This document shows, piece after piece, positions 25,367-37,100 of a DNA stretch of 64,000 nucleotides. The stretch is taken from the NCBI GenBank assembly GCA_000182565.2, contig KQ257458.1. One strand, written 5' to 3'. The DNA comes from Spizellomyces punctatus DAOM BR117. Lineage: Eukaryota. Each line of letters begins with the position of its first letter. Position 1 is the first letter of the stretch. Both the position numbers and the translations under genes were made by a program. Under the pieces are notes generated by a model. That model was not told the origin of the DNA. It worked only from the letters and a program-made list of their open reading frames with translations, and did no database searches.

Positions 25367-27458
25367 ATGCAGGTCCCGGTGATGGTTATGAGTAAGTTGA
25401 TGATACGGATGTTTCACCTGTCCTGTACACTGGATTTACGTTTCCCGTGCACTAGACGCGAACATGGAGCGGGAGACAGGCCGAAAAGCCCAGCTCTCGA
25501 ACATCCAGTCAGCAAAGGTGTGGATTTACGTCTGAATTTGCATGGGAAGCATATGGTTGGCGCTGCAGTTATACGTTGCTAATGATGGTGATTGAAGGTG
25601 ATCGCCGATATTATCCGAACGTGCTTGGGTCCCCGCGCTATGTTGAAGATGTTGTTGGATCCCATGGGCGGTATTGTCATGACGAACGATGGAAATGCCA
25701 TTCTACGAGAAGTAGAAGTGGCTCACCCAGCAGCGAAGTCCATGATTGAGCTCGCAAGAACTCAGGATGAGGAAGTTGGAGATGGGACAACTAGTGTGAT
25801 TATCCTTGGTCAGTTCTCAACGGTGATTCTTTTCTGCGCGGCTTTCTCACAGGGACGTGATTTCCAAAACAGCTGGTGAAGTTCTGACCGCGGCACTTCC
25901 TTTTCTGGAGCGTAACATACACCCTATTACCATTATTGGGGCTTACAAGCGCGCATTGGAGGATGCACTGAACATTATGAAGGATATATCAATTGAGGTC
26001 GATATAAGCAACAAGCCGGAAATGATGCGCATTATCAAATCCACTATTGGAACAAAGTTCGTATCGAGATGGAGCGATTTGATGTGCGGACTGGCGTATG
26101 ATGCCGTCAAGACGGTGAACCTGGAGATCGACGGAAAGCGTGAGGTAGACATTAAGCGCTATGCTCGTGTGGAAAAGGTATACTCTATTGAAAAGAGATA
26201 TGTGCTTTTTGGTGCTGAACACCGCGCGTTTTTCAGATACCTGGTGGGGAGATTGACGAGTCAAAGGTTTTGGACGGTATCATGGTCAACAAGGATGTCA
26301 CACATCCCAAGATGCGCAGGAAGATCGAGAACCCTAGGATCGTGCTCCTCGATTGCCCACTTGAATACAAAAAGGGAGAGTCGCAGACGAATGTGGAGGT
26401 GACGGACGAATCGCACTGGTCGCGTCTGCTGGAGATCGAAGAAGAACAGATTAAAGAGATGTGTGACCACATCATTCGCTTGAAACCTGATCTTGTATTC
26501 ACCGAAAAAGGGGTCAGCGGTAGGTATTGTGTGATTCCGGCTGATTCTGTGAACACTACCTGATGATTCGTCTTATAGACTTGGCTCAACATTTCCTGAT
26601 GAAATCCAACATCACTGCTATCCGCCGAGTCCGCAAGACCGACAATCACCGTATTGCTCGGGCCACTGGCGCTACCATTGTGAATCGAGTAGAGGACTTG
26701 AAGGACTCCGATGTCGGCACACAATGCGGTCTCTTTGAAGTTCGCAAGATTGCCGATGAATACTTCACTTTCCTCGAAAAGTGTGAAAATCCTAAGGCTT
26801 GCACAATCTTGCTCCGTGGACCCAGTAAAGATGTTCTACAGGAGATTGACAGGAATTTGCAAGATGCTATGTGCGTTGCCCGGAATGTCATGTTCGAGCC
26901 GCGCCTTTGCCCCGGGGGTGGTGCGACAGAGATGGCCCTTGCCGTCCGCCTCGGTGAGAAGGCGAAAACTATTTCTGGAGTGGAACAATGGCCGTACAAA
27001 GCCGTTGCGGAAGCTTTAGAAGTCATCCCACGTACTTTGGTACAAAACTGTGGTGGAAACGCCATCAAAACATTGACGCAGCTCAGGGTATGAGATTTCT
27101 GTATCGGTTTATCCACCAAGACCTACATTCTGACCTGTTTCTCTTAGGCGAAGCATGCAACCGTGGACAACTTCTCTTGGGGTATTGACGGGGAGAGCGG
27201 CAAGATCGTGGATATGCAAGAATACGGTGTTTGGGAGCCACACGCTGTCAAGGCGCAAACAGTGAAGACTGCTATCGAGTCGGCATGTTTGCTCCTCCGA
27301 GTAGATGACATTGTGTCCGGTTTGTCAAGGAAGGAGGCTGGTGGCGGTGGGCAAGCTCCCGCCATGCAGGAAGCACCTGAGGTGAGGTCACCATAGACTT
27401 TGCATCCAACTCGCGGTTGCTCACTGATTTCTCGTTGCAGGAGGTTGGTGAGCGCTAG
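25367..27458 (+). CDS. CCT3: T-complex protein 1 subunit gamma (CCT3)
   Basis: IRTCLGPRAMLKMLLDPMGGIVMTNDGNAILRE, GDGTTS, VDIKRYARVEK, TAIESACLLLRVDDIVSG; last exon EVGER*, stop 27456-27458. Confidence 0.97.
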
Positions 27459-27618
27459 AGGCTAGTTTTCGACATTCGATTGAGTGAGTTGTCACCATGG
27501 TCTAGTCCAGACTGTGTTTGTACAAAGGGGGATTTTGAATGAGATGGGTCTATAATAAGAGTGTGCAAAGTTGTTAAAAGCTGATCTGTTTAAACATGTA
27601 CAATGGAGGTCAGACATT

Positions 27619-27644
27619 GCGCGATAGGGACAGGTCAATGCCAC
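27619..27644 (+). repeat. 26-bp direct repeat, left copy
   Basis: gcgcgatagggacaggtcaatgccac; matches 33892-33917 at 24/26 positions. Confidence 0.85.
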
Positions 27645-29224
27645 GTACTGTACATCAAACCTGCGCACGCAGTGCCAAGTTCCTGCGATGCTTGAACGAT
27701 TAGAACTTCGCTACAAGTTGTAAACGATCATGGCACTGTCATTAATATTTTGCCAGTGGCATAAGTGTGCTTCACTAGTATATAGTTCCTTAATTGGTAG
27801 GTCTGGTTTCCACTTGTGGCCAAATCATGGGACGGACTTGCTTGCTGAAAGCTGCTCTATTGCTTGAATACCCCTCATACCGATTTTCTGTCAGCGAACC
27901 ATGGCGGCAAGTCTCACGACAAATAGCGGTATGAAGGCGATGCCAAAAGTTTCTGCCCTGATTGCCGTAAGCTGTGTATAAGTAGGAGATGTTTAAGTCT
28001 CGGATATGATACCAAGATTGGCCCAGTTCTCGTGGGATGGATGGCCGGTCGCTGGTTAAGAACTGGAGCATACCGTCACACCCCTTTCACCCCCCCCCCC
28101 CCTCGGAAGGATTGAATTTGGAAGTGACACTGTGTGTGGTTCCTTCCAGAGAGACGTTTGTAATCGATCTCTATCCGTTGCATAATTCCAGGATCTGGCC
28201 AGATTTTAGATATGGATGACGAGTTAGCAGAGTTTGTCGTTCAGAGTAAGCAAATCGTCCTAGAATATATCAACGGCACCCAACCGGTACCACTCATGCG
28301 GCAGCCAGCACCGTAATTCCTTCTTTTTTTGCATCATTAATAATGACGGCGTAAAAGACAGCATGGAAGATGGAGCGATCGGACGAACCATTCAGCCATC
28401 GTTATGTGGAGAACCGTTTACTTTGGTACGTCACCATAATCATTCAGGCAAATGAGTTTGTTATCAAATCTTCTATCTGTCAAGAGGTCCTGCGACATCA
28501 GACAAATGTCGCAAAGCTGACTGCAAATTAATGGGACATTGGCATGTCAATTACTGTTTGCAATGCCAACACAATCAGATGTGCATGTGGGGGAAACAAG
28601 AAAGCTGTCCAAAAGACATGCGGAGAAGGACAAAGGGAAAACGATGTCATTTGAAATCATCCAGAGTTGGAAAATGGTTGAATCGACAGCTCGGAATTTG
28701 CAGCATGCCGTATTTTCAGGTAGCGCCAAGACTTTTGAACATGCTGAGCGTCCAACACAGCCTTTCCATTGTTAGCAAAAGACTTCAGAGGCAACACCTA
28801 CTCTTTGAAGCATATAAAGCGTCCTCGAACGTGTTACCCACCTATTGCTAGCATCATGAGCAATGTGACCGGATATTCGATTACGCTCTAGTAAAAGAGC
28901 GAATAACGGGGGATACCAATTGGACAATGTCCTCATTTGGGTCTTCACGATATCCACCTGGGCTGGATATTTGGGACGTTCTCACGATCTGTCAGGCGTT
29001 TTGAGTCCTACACGATGGACTTTTGCACACGGCCGCCGAGATTGACACTGCTCTGAGCTGGATCCGAGCGTTCAACAGTGCTCACATTCGAATTCAGGAA
29101 TCCCATATCAGAGGTACCATAGCTCTCAGTCCGCAACCAAAGGGTTTACTAAGGTGCTGTTTTCTGGAACTTTAGACCACGAGCCAACCTATCCGTCGGG
29201 TTTCTTATTATGTGCATTAATAAG

Positions 29225-30500
29225 AAGTATTTCTCGGCGTCGGGCAGCTCCAACAGCCTCAGTACGGAAAGCTGGTGAAGAAAGTATCGCGGGACATAAG
29301 TAGCTTTGTGTCTGATTCCATACGACAGAAGCTGTAACGGCAGCCTCCGTTCTGCTTCCAGTCTACCCGCTTTCACCTCGTGTGCAAAAAGTCCTTGTGA
29401 AGAAAGGGTCGCAACTGTTTACTCACGGAGCATCAATAACTGTTCTACGAGGTATTCTTCCCCGATTCAGTTGCGGTAAAGCTATTGTTTCTGATATTAC
29501 TTGCTTTGCTGTTATTTTCAGTTGTGCCGGCACGGGGGCGTTTCCACCGTTAATGGCTGGAGAGGTATTATGTGAATCTCCGGAATGTGAATAGCCGGAA
29601 TGTCAGTCGCAGCAAAAGTTGGATCATCAAAAACTCCCTCCTTCCCGCACAACCACACGTCCCAAAGAGCATACCCATGGCTGCACCCGTCGGATGCTCC
29701 GCTGTCGTGATTAAGCGATACACACCGATGACAAACTTAACCACCGGCCTGACCTCAAGGGATTCTATAGCGCACTATCCTTCCACGGACCTGTTCACTA
29801 CCCTTACCAACGAATTTCGAAGAATGCGGATAGATACCCTCTCGGCGCTACCGGATGCGGGTGCCCTGCTAACAGAATCGTTACAGTAGATATGTATTGT
29901 GGGTGCAGATACTAAGTAGTATCGGTAATCACTGGTATCTGACCTCTTACATAGGAGATATGAGAGAACGCCTTGAAGAGACGTTACCCGGGTTTCATGC
30001 CCTAACCCTAATCCGCTCGTACCGTCTTTATCAGCGACTGACGCACCTATTCCACCGGACTGTATGTACTTTTTTTTTGACAAGGAACTGGTAGCATGTG
30101 ACTTACTATGCTTTCTTGACAAGGGTTGTCTGTTTTGAGGCTGTTGGAACTATCCGACGCAGAGAAATACTTACTATGAAAGTAGGAACGTTTTACACGA
30201 CGTGTGGACTTGGCCATCATTGAAGCAGATCTCCCAGCATTGACCGACAATGAAACCCAACGAGTTCAAGAAGTTTTCTTTAAGAAACGCAATCAGGACA
30301 AATTACCTCGTAGAACCAGAGGACGCGGAGACTTTTGCACACGAGGTGAAAGCGGGTAGACTGGAAGCAAAACGAAGGCTGCCGTTACAGCTTCTCTCGT
30401 ATGGAATCAGACACGAACCTTCTTATGTCCCGCGATACTTTCTTCACCAGCTTTCTGTACTGAGGCTGTTGGAGCTGTCCGACGCCGAAAAATACTACTT
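29225..30500. repeat. Inverted repeat pair (~165 bp arms, 29225-29392 and 30331-30500) of a decayed coding fragment
   Basis: Both arms translate to VKAGRLEA(E/K)RRLPLQLLSYGIRH..YVPRYFLHQLSVLRLLEL(P/S)DAEKY on opposite strands; a third partial copy (LSVLRLLELSDAEKY) lies at ~30126-30175. Confidence 0.9.
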
Positions 30501-31374
30501 CTCAATGCAGAAGCGCTACAACCATCCTTGCGTGGCCTGGGCCATCATGAAAAGAACATGGAGCACGTTATCAAGAGCTTTGAAGCAATGGCTTCTCAAC
30601 TCTCGCCACGATCGACACATCGCACTGAGGAACATGGCGTCTTTAGCAGTCAAAGGTACCGAAAAGAAACCCCCCAACCCCCCCTCCCTCGGTATTACAG
30701 TTTGTCTTCCAATGCCCGAGAGTAGAAGGTCGGCATGTTCACTTGCCGGGAGAATCACCCAAGTCTACGGATCTCGGAATTTCTTCCCGCAAGCGAGCAG
30801 ATGTTTGAACGAATCACACGACTATTCAAGCGACAAGCGGAGCTCCAAATAGAGGTCCCCCGTGCGGGTGCTGGCGTTCACGAGTTTGAAGCATTTAGAC
30901 ACAGCGTAGCTCAGGCTTTTTACCTCTGGATAGTTGCATTGTGACCGTCTGTGTTATTTTTGGTATACAATCATTTGCATGTAACATTCAATAATATGGG
31001 CAGTTAGTTTCATTGCATGTACTCAGAGGTTACCCAACCACGAAGGTGCATAAGTGATTTAGTATTTGTTAGGTATCGCATATAACGTACAGTTTAAGTA
31101 TACGGAAACAAACGGTTAGTGTGAAAGTTGTTCTCTACTCTGTGAGCTTTAGCATAGCGAAGTATACACGGTGATGAGCCAACAGATGCTTAACCAGAGC
31201 TTTGCCGACCGGCCTTTATCAAGTTTAGCGTTACAAGGATGGCTACAGGTGGGTTGCCATTCAGAATTGCAAGTGCTGTGAATATCGTGGTGACAAACGG
31301 TGCCGTTGTGGAGAAAACACAAGGTTACTACTGAAAAAGGTTAATTCGTGTCGATATCTGGGAAGCTGGTTTTT

Positions 31375-31920
31375 ACTGTATCTTATAATAGTGAAAATGA
31401 CAAAATGGATGCGATCCAGCAACATATGTTTGCAAAATATGGACCAACCTTGCATTATATTGACAGAAATGGACCAAACGCATAGCCAGTAAAAGTTTGA
31501 CACAGATGATTGCTATTTGTGATATTTCGATGCAAGATACAAACCTCATAGATGCTCTTAGCCTTAAATCTGTTTTTGAAGTTTTTGTCAATTGTTCTTC
31601 ACTCTGTCATCGCTAAATAAAAACAATGTCCTCTCTCTCCCTCCTATATGCAAACTATTTACCTTTAAGAAGGAGCCACTCCAAGTGCTTTGTCACCTCG
31701 CCTCTGGAATTCTTGGTACTCTCAGAGTTAAACCTTTTGTAGATGTGCTAAGAGCATAATAGGAATGAAATGGACAGCGAGATACAGAAATTAGCAGCTG
31801 GGACACTTGATATCACGGTTTGTCCATTTCTGTCAATAAGATGAGAGTTGTGTCCAGCAAACATATGGTTGACTGGATCACGTCCATCTTCGTCATTGTC
31901 CCTTGATAATATCACAGCAG
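31375..31920. repeat. Diverged inverted repeat (~100 bp arms, 31375-31475 and 31821-31920)
   Basis: aatgacaaaatggatgcgatccagcaacatatgtttgc...attgacagaaatggac on + matches the reverse complement of 31821-31920. Confidence 0.75.
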
Positions 31921-32635
31921 GTGCAATCCCCTCTTTTGACGGTGTCGCAAAGTGTCACTCATATCTGTAAGCCCTCGTTGTTGTCGCTAACAATTGGCTT
32001 GTCACTCATCTCTCAATGTGCTTTTCTGTAGACGTCACACATCCATGGACTGCTTCAGTATGGACTTGAATTTTAAACTCTATAAATAAGACTCGCTTCT
32101 CCATCTCCCATGTACAAGTATCACTTGACTTGACCGACGTTCAACCACCTCCAGTCTTCCCAGCGGTACCCACAACGCATTTCAATCTTCTCTGAGGAGC
32201 ACAGCTAAGCAGAATCCGACTGGAGTTTGACAAGTAATCAAGTATCGGGAGTGATACTTTGCTATGACCTGGCCCATTCGGTAAGAGATGTTCATGGCTT
32301 GTTCTCTAAAAGCATTAGGAAATAATAAATTGTTAAGCTTCTACCGAGGTCCACTTGTATTTCAGCAACAGGAGTATCTCCGTCATCAGATCGCAGGGAA
32401 TCTAGTGCCATTATGTGGCGAACTACTGATTAGCGAGGTATGTCCACTTGATCCGTTCCAATACATAAAAACGTCGTTTTCTTTGAGAATTTTCTCTCAA
32501 TCAGACTGTTTCTATTATTGCATACTTAGATTTACGTTCCGAGCTTAATAGACAGCGACAGTCACCAGGTCAAGAAGTTCCCTTTCCATTTTCCGCTGGA
32601 CAGCGTCGTTTCCGTGCTTCCCTCCCCAGTCTTGT

Positions 32636-33495
32636 GTGGTGACAACCTTGGCTCAACGACCACCGAGTCAGATACCTCCTTTTGTGAAACATCACGATCA
32701 GAGGTATATGTCGATACAAGCCTTGATAGCCGCGGGACATAGTAAGTCACATGCTACCATTTCCTGGTCAAAAAAAAGTACTTACAGTGGGGTGGACGCA
32801 CCGCAATCAGCCCTGTCCCGTTTCAATAGCACGAATTGAAGAAGATATGCCAATACCGTTATGGCGATCTGTATTGATAATGGAATGTCATTTTCCGGTA
32901 ACGGTACCCTGCGAGAGATGGACAATGGCGTCTCCGCGTCGAACCCTACATCCGGTAAGTCTTCCAAGTACTTGTGGTCTTCATCGCCAATTATCCAAGC
33001 TTCCTGATCAGCTGCCCAGGTTGTCTCTACAACTATTGATGAATCTGACAGGTATCTTGAGGCAGGAGAACGGAGCGATGCATCCGTGCGTACCTTCGCG
33101 GCGGCGACCGTGGTCGGTTCCTAAATGGGAGTTGCATTTTGACGCTGTTGTGAAGACCAGTTCATTCGAATTTCGATTTGCCTCTATCCTGCACGGCTGG
33201 TGGTAATATTGGTACAAGCTCTGGTACGGAAACCTGTTGACCTGGTGACTGTCGCAATCTATTGAGCTCGGAACGTCGCTTGCGTGCCTTCCTCCCCAGT
33301 CTTGGGTTTGTATCGACATATACTTCTGATCGTGATGTTTCACAAAAGGAGGTATCTGACTCGGTGGTCGCTGATCCAAGGTTGTCACCACTCTGCTCTC
33401 CACTAGTAACCGTTACCGGAACTGACATTCTATTATCAATACAGATCGCCATAACGGTATCGGCTATTAGAATGGGATAGGGCTGATTGCGGTTG
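32636..33495. repeat. Inverted, shuffled duplications (32636-32720 vs 33308-33390; ~32808-32905 vs ~33407-33495)
   Basis: VSTYTSDRDVSQKEVSDSVV..PRLSP and DI.LSIQIAITV are encoded on both strands; ~32735-32795 is also an inverted copy of ~30050-30112. Confidence 0.85.
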
Positions 33496-33891
33496 GAAAG
33501 CACCCGCCAAGGGGGAGTTATTAGAAGGTGAGTTTGGATGAATGGCATGTGATGATATATCAAAGGTAACAGTACAAGGACATCATGGCTATTGTCAATC
33601 TGGCGATTAATTGATGATGGTCCTACGTAGGACATTCATGACTCTGGTCGCTTAACATCGGACATGACGCGGGAAGATCATCGTCGACCTGGTTTTCCTG
33701 TACTTTTCTGCATACTATAGACAATGTAGAAAAGCAGGCGGGGTAATTACTGTGCATCGGATAATAACTTCTGTATATGTACTCTGTAATATATCCGGCA
33801 ATATCTGTTTAATGGAAAAGGGTCAAAGTCCAATTGAGATGTGCGTATGTAAGCACATTAACCACTGACCCCCGTGATCGCACGTGAGACA

Positions 33892-33917
33892 GCGCGATAG
33901 GGACAGATCAACGCCAC
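33892..33917 (+). repeat. 26-bp direct repeat, right copy
   Basis: gcgcgatagggacagatcaacgccac; two transitions relative to 27619-27644. Confidence 0.85.
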
Positions 33918-34127
33918 AACTTAACCAGTATCAATTATCATCAGATCAACCATCGGCGCGACTGCTTTACAAAGCCCATTCCGGTTCAATTTCAAAGCAA
34001 CGACAAAAGTCATCCCATATTCTTAGACCAAGGACAAGGACGTACGGAAAGTACGTCTTTGGTCCAGCTTTTATTTGCTGCACCGGCTCCTCGATACACA
34101 GCATACCCCACCTAGCGAACCGGCATC

Positions 34128-37100
34128 ATGACGATACCGAGCTCAGACGTTCGAAGAGCGTTGGAGAGATACTATTTGGAAATTGCCAGTATTATATTGG
34201 CCCGCCAGAATCCGGCCACGGGATTGGTATGTTTTTTTAGGGTTATAAAGAGTGTGAGCTGGACGACGCCGAAAAAGGTGAAATGTACACGGCATGTCGC
34301 CGGTAACATTGGTGGACAAAAGTCTGCCCAAAGTTATCCTCGATGTTTTCCAACTTAGGGACCATAGGAAAAGCGCGAACAAATAGGAGAGCACGCCGAC
34401 GTTCTCGGTTATTCATGTTTTTCTTTCGGCTTTTTATCTGCAGATACCCGCGTCGGTGGCGATAACCACTCATGGCGATTATCGGGATGCCTGGGTGAGG
34501 TAAGAGAGAGCACTCTCAGCTACGGATAGTATTTTGTGCATTTTCATTTATTGAGGGTTTATCAGAGACAATGTGTATTCGATCTTTGCCGTGTGGGGCC
34601 TGGCGCTCGCATATCGGCGCATTGATGATGATGATGGGAGAGGATGTGAGCGACGTGCTCTAACGCTTGTATGGTGAAACTTTGACGGCTGACGATATGT
34701 TCGGTTATCAGATGAACTGGAGCATGCCACGATAAAGACCATGCGTGGGCTTTTGTCTGCTATGATGCGACAAGCGGATAAGGTGGAACTCTTTAAGAAT
34801 ACTCAAGCTGTTCATCATGCATTACATGCCAAGTAAGGACATGCTGCGGAATAGACCATGTGATTTTGGATGTTCTAATTTACCTTGCAGGTACAATACG
34901 CAAACAGGTGGAACAGTCGTAGGAGATCACGAATGGGGCCACCTCCAACTTGACGCAACCAGTATCTTCCTCCTGGCTCTTGCCCAGATGACGGCAAGTG
35001 GGTTGCGGTTAATTTATACGATGGACGAGGTCCAGTTTGTGCAAAATTTGGTATTTTATATTGAGCGCGCATATAGGTGGGTTGTTTCTGTTTCCGCCTC
35101 TAATTGTGTGAAGATTATTAAGTGTCATCCCTGTACCGCGGATCGTGTTGATGTAGAACTCCTGATTATGGCGTATGGGAGAGAGGAAACAAAGTCAATC
35201 ACGGGCAACCCGAGTTGAATTCGTCGAGTATTGGAATGGCTGTCGCGGCGTTGCAAGCCATCAATGGAATCAACCTCTTTGGAGCAAGAGGTGGACCTTC
35301 ATCGGTACAGAAATAACATACTTTACGCATAGAGTGACTGAGTGACCGACCTCATCGACTGATTCACCAGGTCATACATGTTCTGCCCGACGAACTCACA
35401 CGCAATGCAACTACACTCCAGTCCGCCCTCCCGCGTGAATCCGCGTCAAAAGAAATTGACGCTGCCCTGCTTGCTGTGATCTCTTTTCCAGCATTTGCGG
35501 TACATGATCCACAGCTTGTTGCCCGTACGCGGAACGAGATTGTAAAGAAGTTAGGGGGAAATTACGGGTTTAAACGCTTTTTGAGAGATGGCCATCAGAC
35601 CGTCTTGGAAGACACCACTAGGTGCGTTGAGTTATTTAGTGGAGTCTTGTATTTTAGAGACTAAGATCAGATCACCCCATTTGGTAGGCTGCATTATGAC
35701 CCATCGGAGCTCAAGGTGTTTGAAGGAGTTGAGTCGGAGTGGCCCTTGTTCTATACTTACATGATCCTGGATGGGTAAGACGCACACCTTGTTTTGAGAG
35801 TTGAAACCATATCTGACATGCATTTGTGAAGGCTTTTTCGAGACGATTTCGATCAAGTGAGAGAGTATCGTCGAAAGCTTGATCCATTACTCGTCGATTC
35901 AGCAAGAATTCCCAAATTCAACCGTGAACGCATAGCCCACGCATCGCATCCATCTTCCATGACACGTTCCCCATCTGTCACAAAGCAAACCCTTCCCCCA
36001 GCTCATATGCGTCTGGTCCCAGAGTTATTTATCGTTCCCCGCCAATTGGTGGAAGCAGAGAAAGCTCAGCCGGGCTCACAAGAGCGTGTTCCAAATGAGA
36101 ACGTTCCACTTGTTTGGGCGCAGAGTTTATATATTCTGGGTAACTTGATATACGATGATCTCCTATCGCCTGCAGAATTGGATCCACTTGGTCGTAGAAT
36201 TGCTGCTAGTCGTCGTAAGAGCCATTCAGAAGTGGTTGTTCAGGTGGTACTCTTGTCGGAGGATGAAGAGCTCCAAGAAAAGTTGATGAAATTCGGCTTG
36301 GATACGCAGACAGTTCAAAACTGTGCCCCGGTGACAATTTCACCTCCGTCGGCATTGAGAGATGCGTATACCGCTCTAGGCGAGAATCCAAAATTGGTAG
36401 GCACCTGACATTGGCGAAACTAGTAATTGGCTTATAGGCATTGATTGTGCTTGATATCCAGAAATTGACCGGCAGGCCTAAGCGGCCAATTGGTACCCTC
36501 AGCACTTGCAAATTGTATCGCTGCCAGGGGAGGCTTTATGGTGAGGCTCTTGTTGCTGTCTCTACGATACATGTTAGTTTTTTTTAAAATGATCCTTTTT
36601 GTTTATCAGCGTTCACTCCTCACTTTATGGATAAGGAGGAGTTCTATCTTGTCAGCGACAATGACTATTTGGTTAGTCTTTTTGAACAGGAACTATCGTT
36701 TGTCCGAAACCACTGGTTCTCCACTGGACGACCGACGATGGTCGTCATGCTGACACGTGAAATGCTCGGAGGGCTGCGCGGTGCCGAGCAGAAATCCCAA
36801 GGATGGCGCACGCGTTCTGCCCACAGCAGCAAACGCAACCTTCTGAATTTCATGATGTCCTTGCGATCTGGTAATGTCGGTGGCGTCCGGACACGACTCG
36901 GTCGCCTGGGTGATATGATCAATACCGCTTGCATTGAGAGTTTGGACTTCCTTGTGAGTGCTGAGAACAGTGACTACGAGGACTGGGCCACGTTGTTGAA
37001 GGGAGAAGAGACTTGTTTGGAGGCTTCCAGACTGTCGTATTCGGAGCACGATACAGAAGAGACGAGCAAAGAGCGAATACATTCCGCGGGATCGTTACCT

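Larger units (their letters stand above)
27619..33917. mobile_element. Putative inserted, degenerate island bounded by direct repeats
   Basis: About 6.3 kb with no intact gene in an otherwise compact region; flanked by the 26-bp direct repeat; contains several internal inverted duplications and broken ORF fragments. Confidence 0.55.

Noticed and set aside
28531-28957. Short ORFs in the island, including a C-x-C-G..KL stretch suggestive of a transposon zinc finger
   Set aside because: Interrupted by stops and frameshifts; no recognisable transposase or recombinase catalytic motif.
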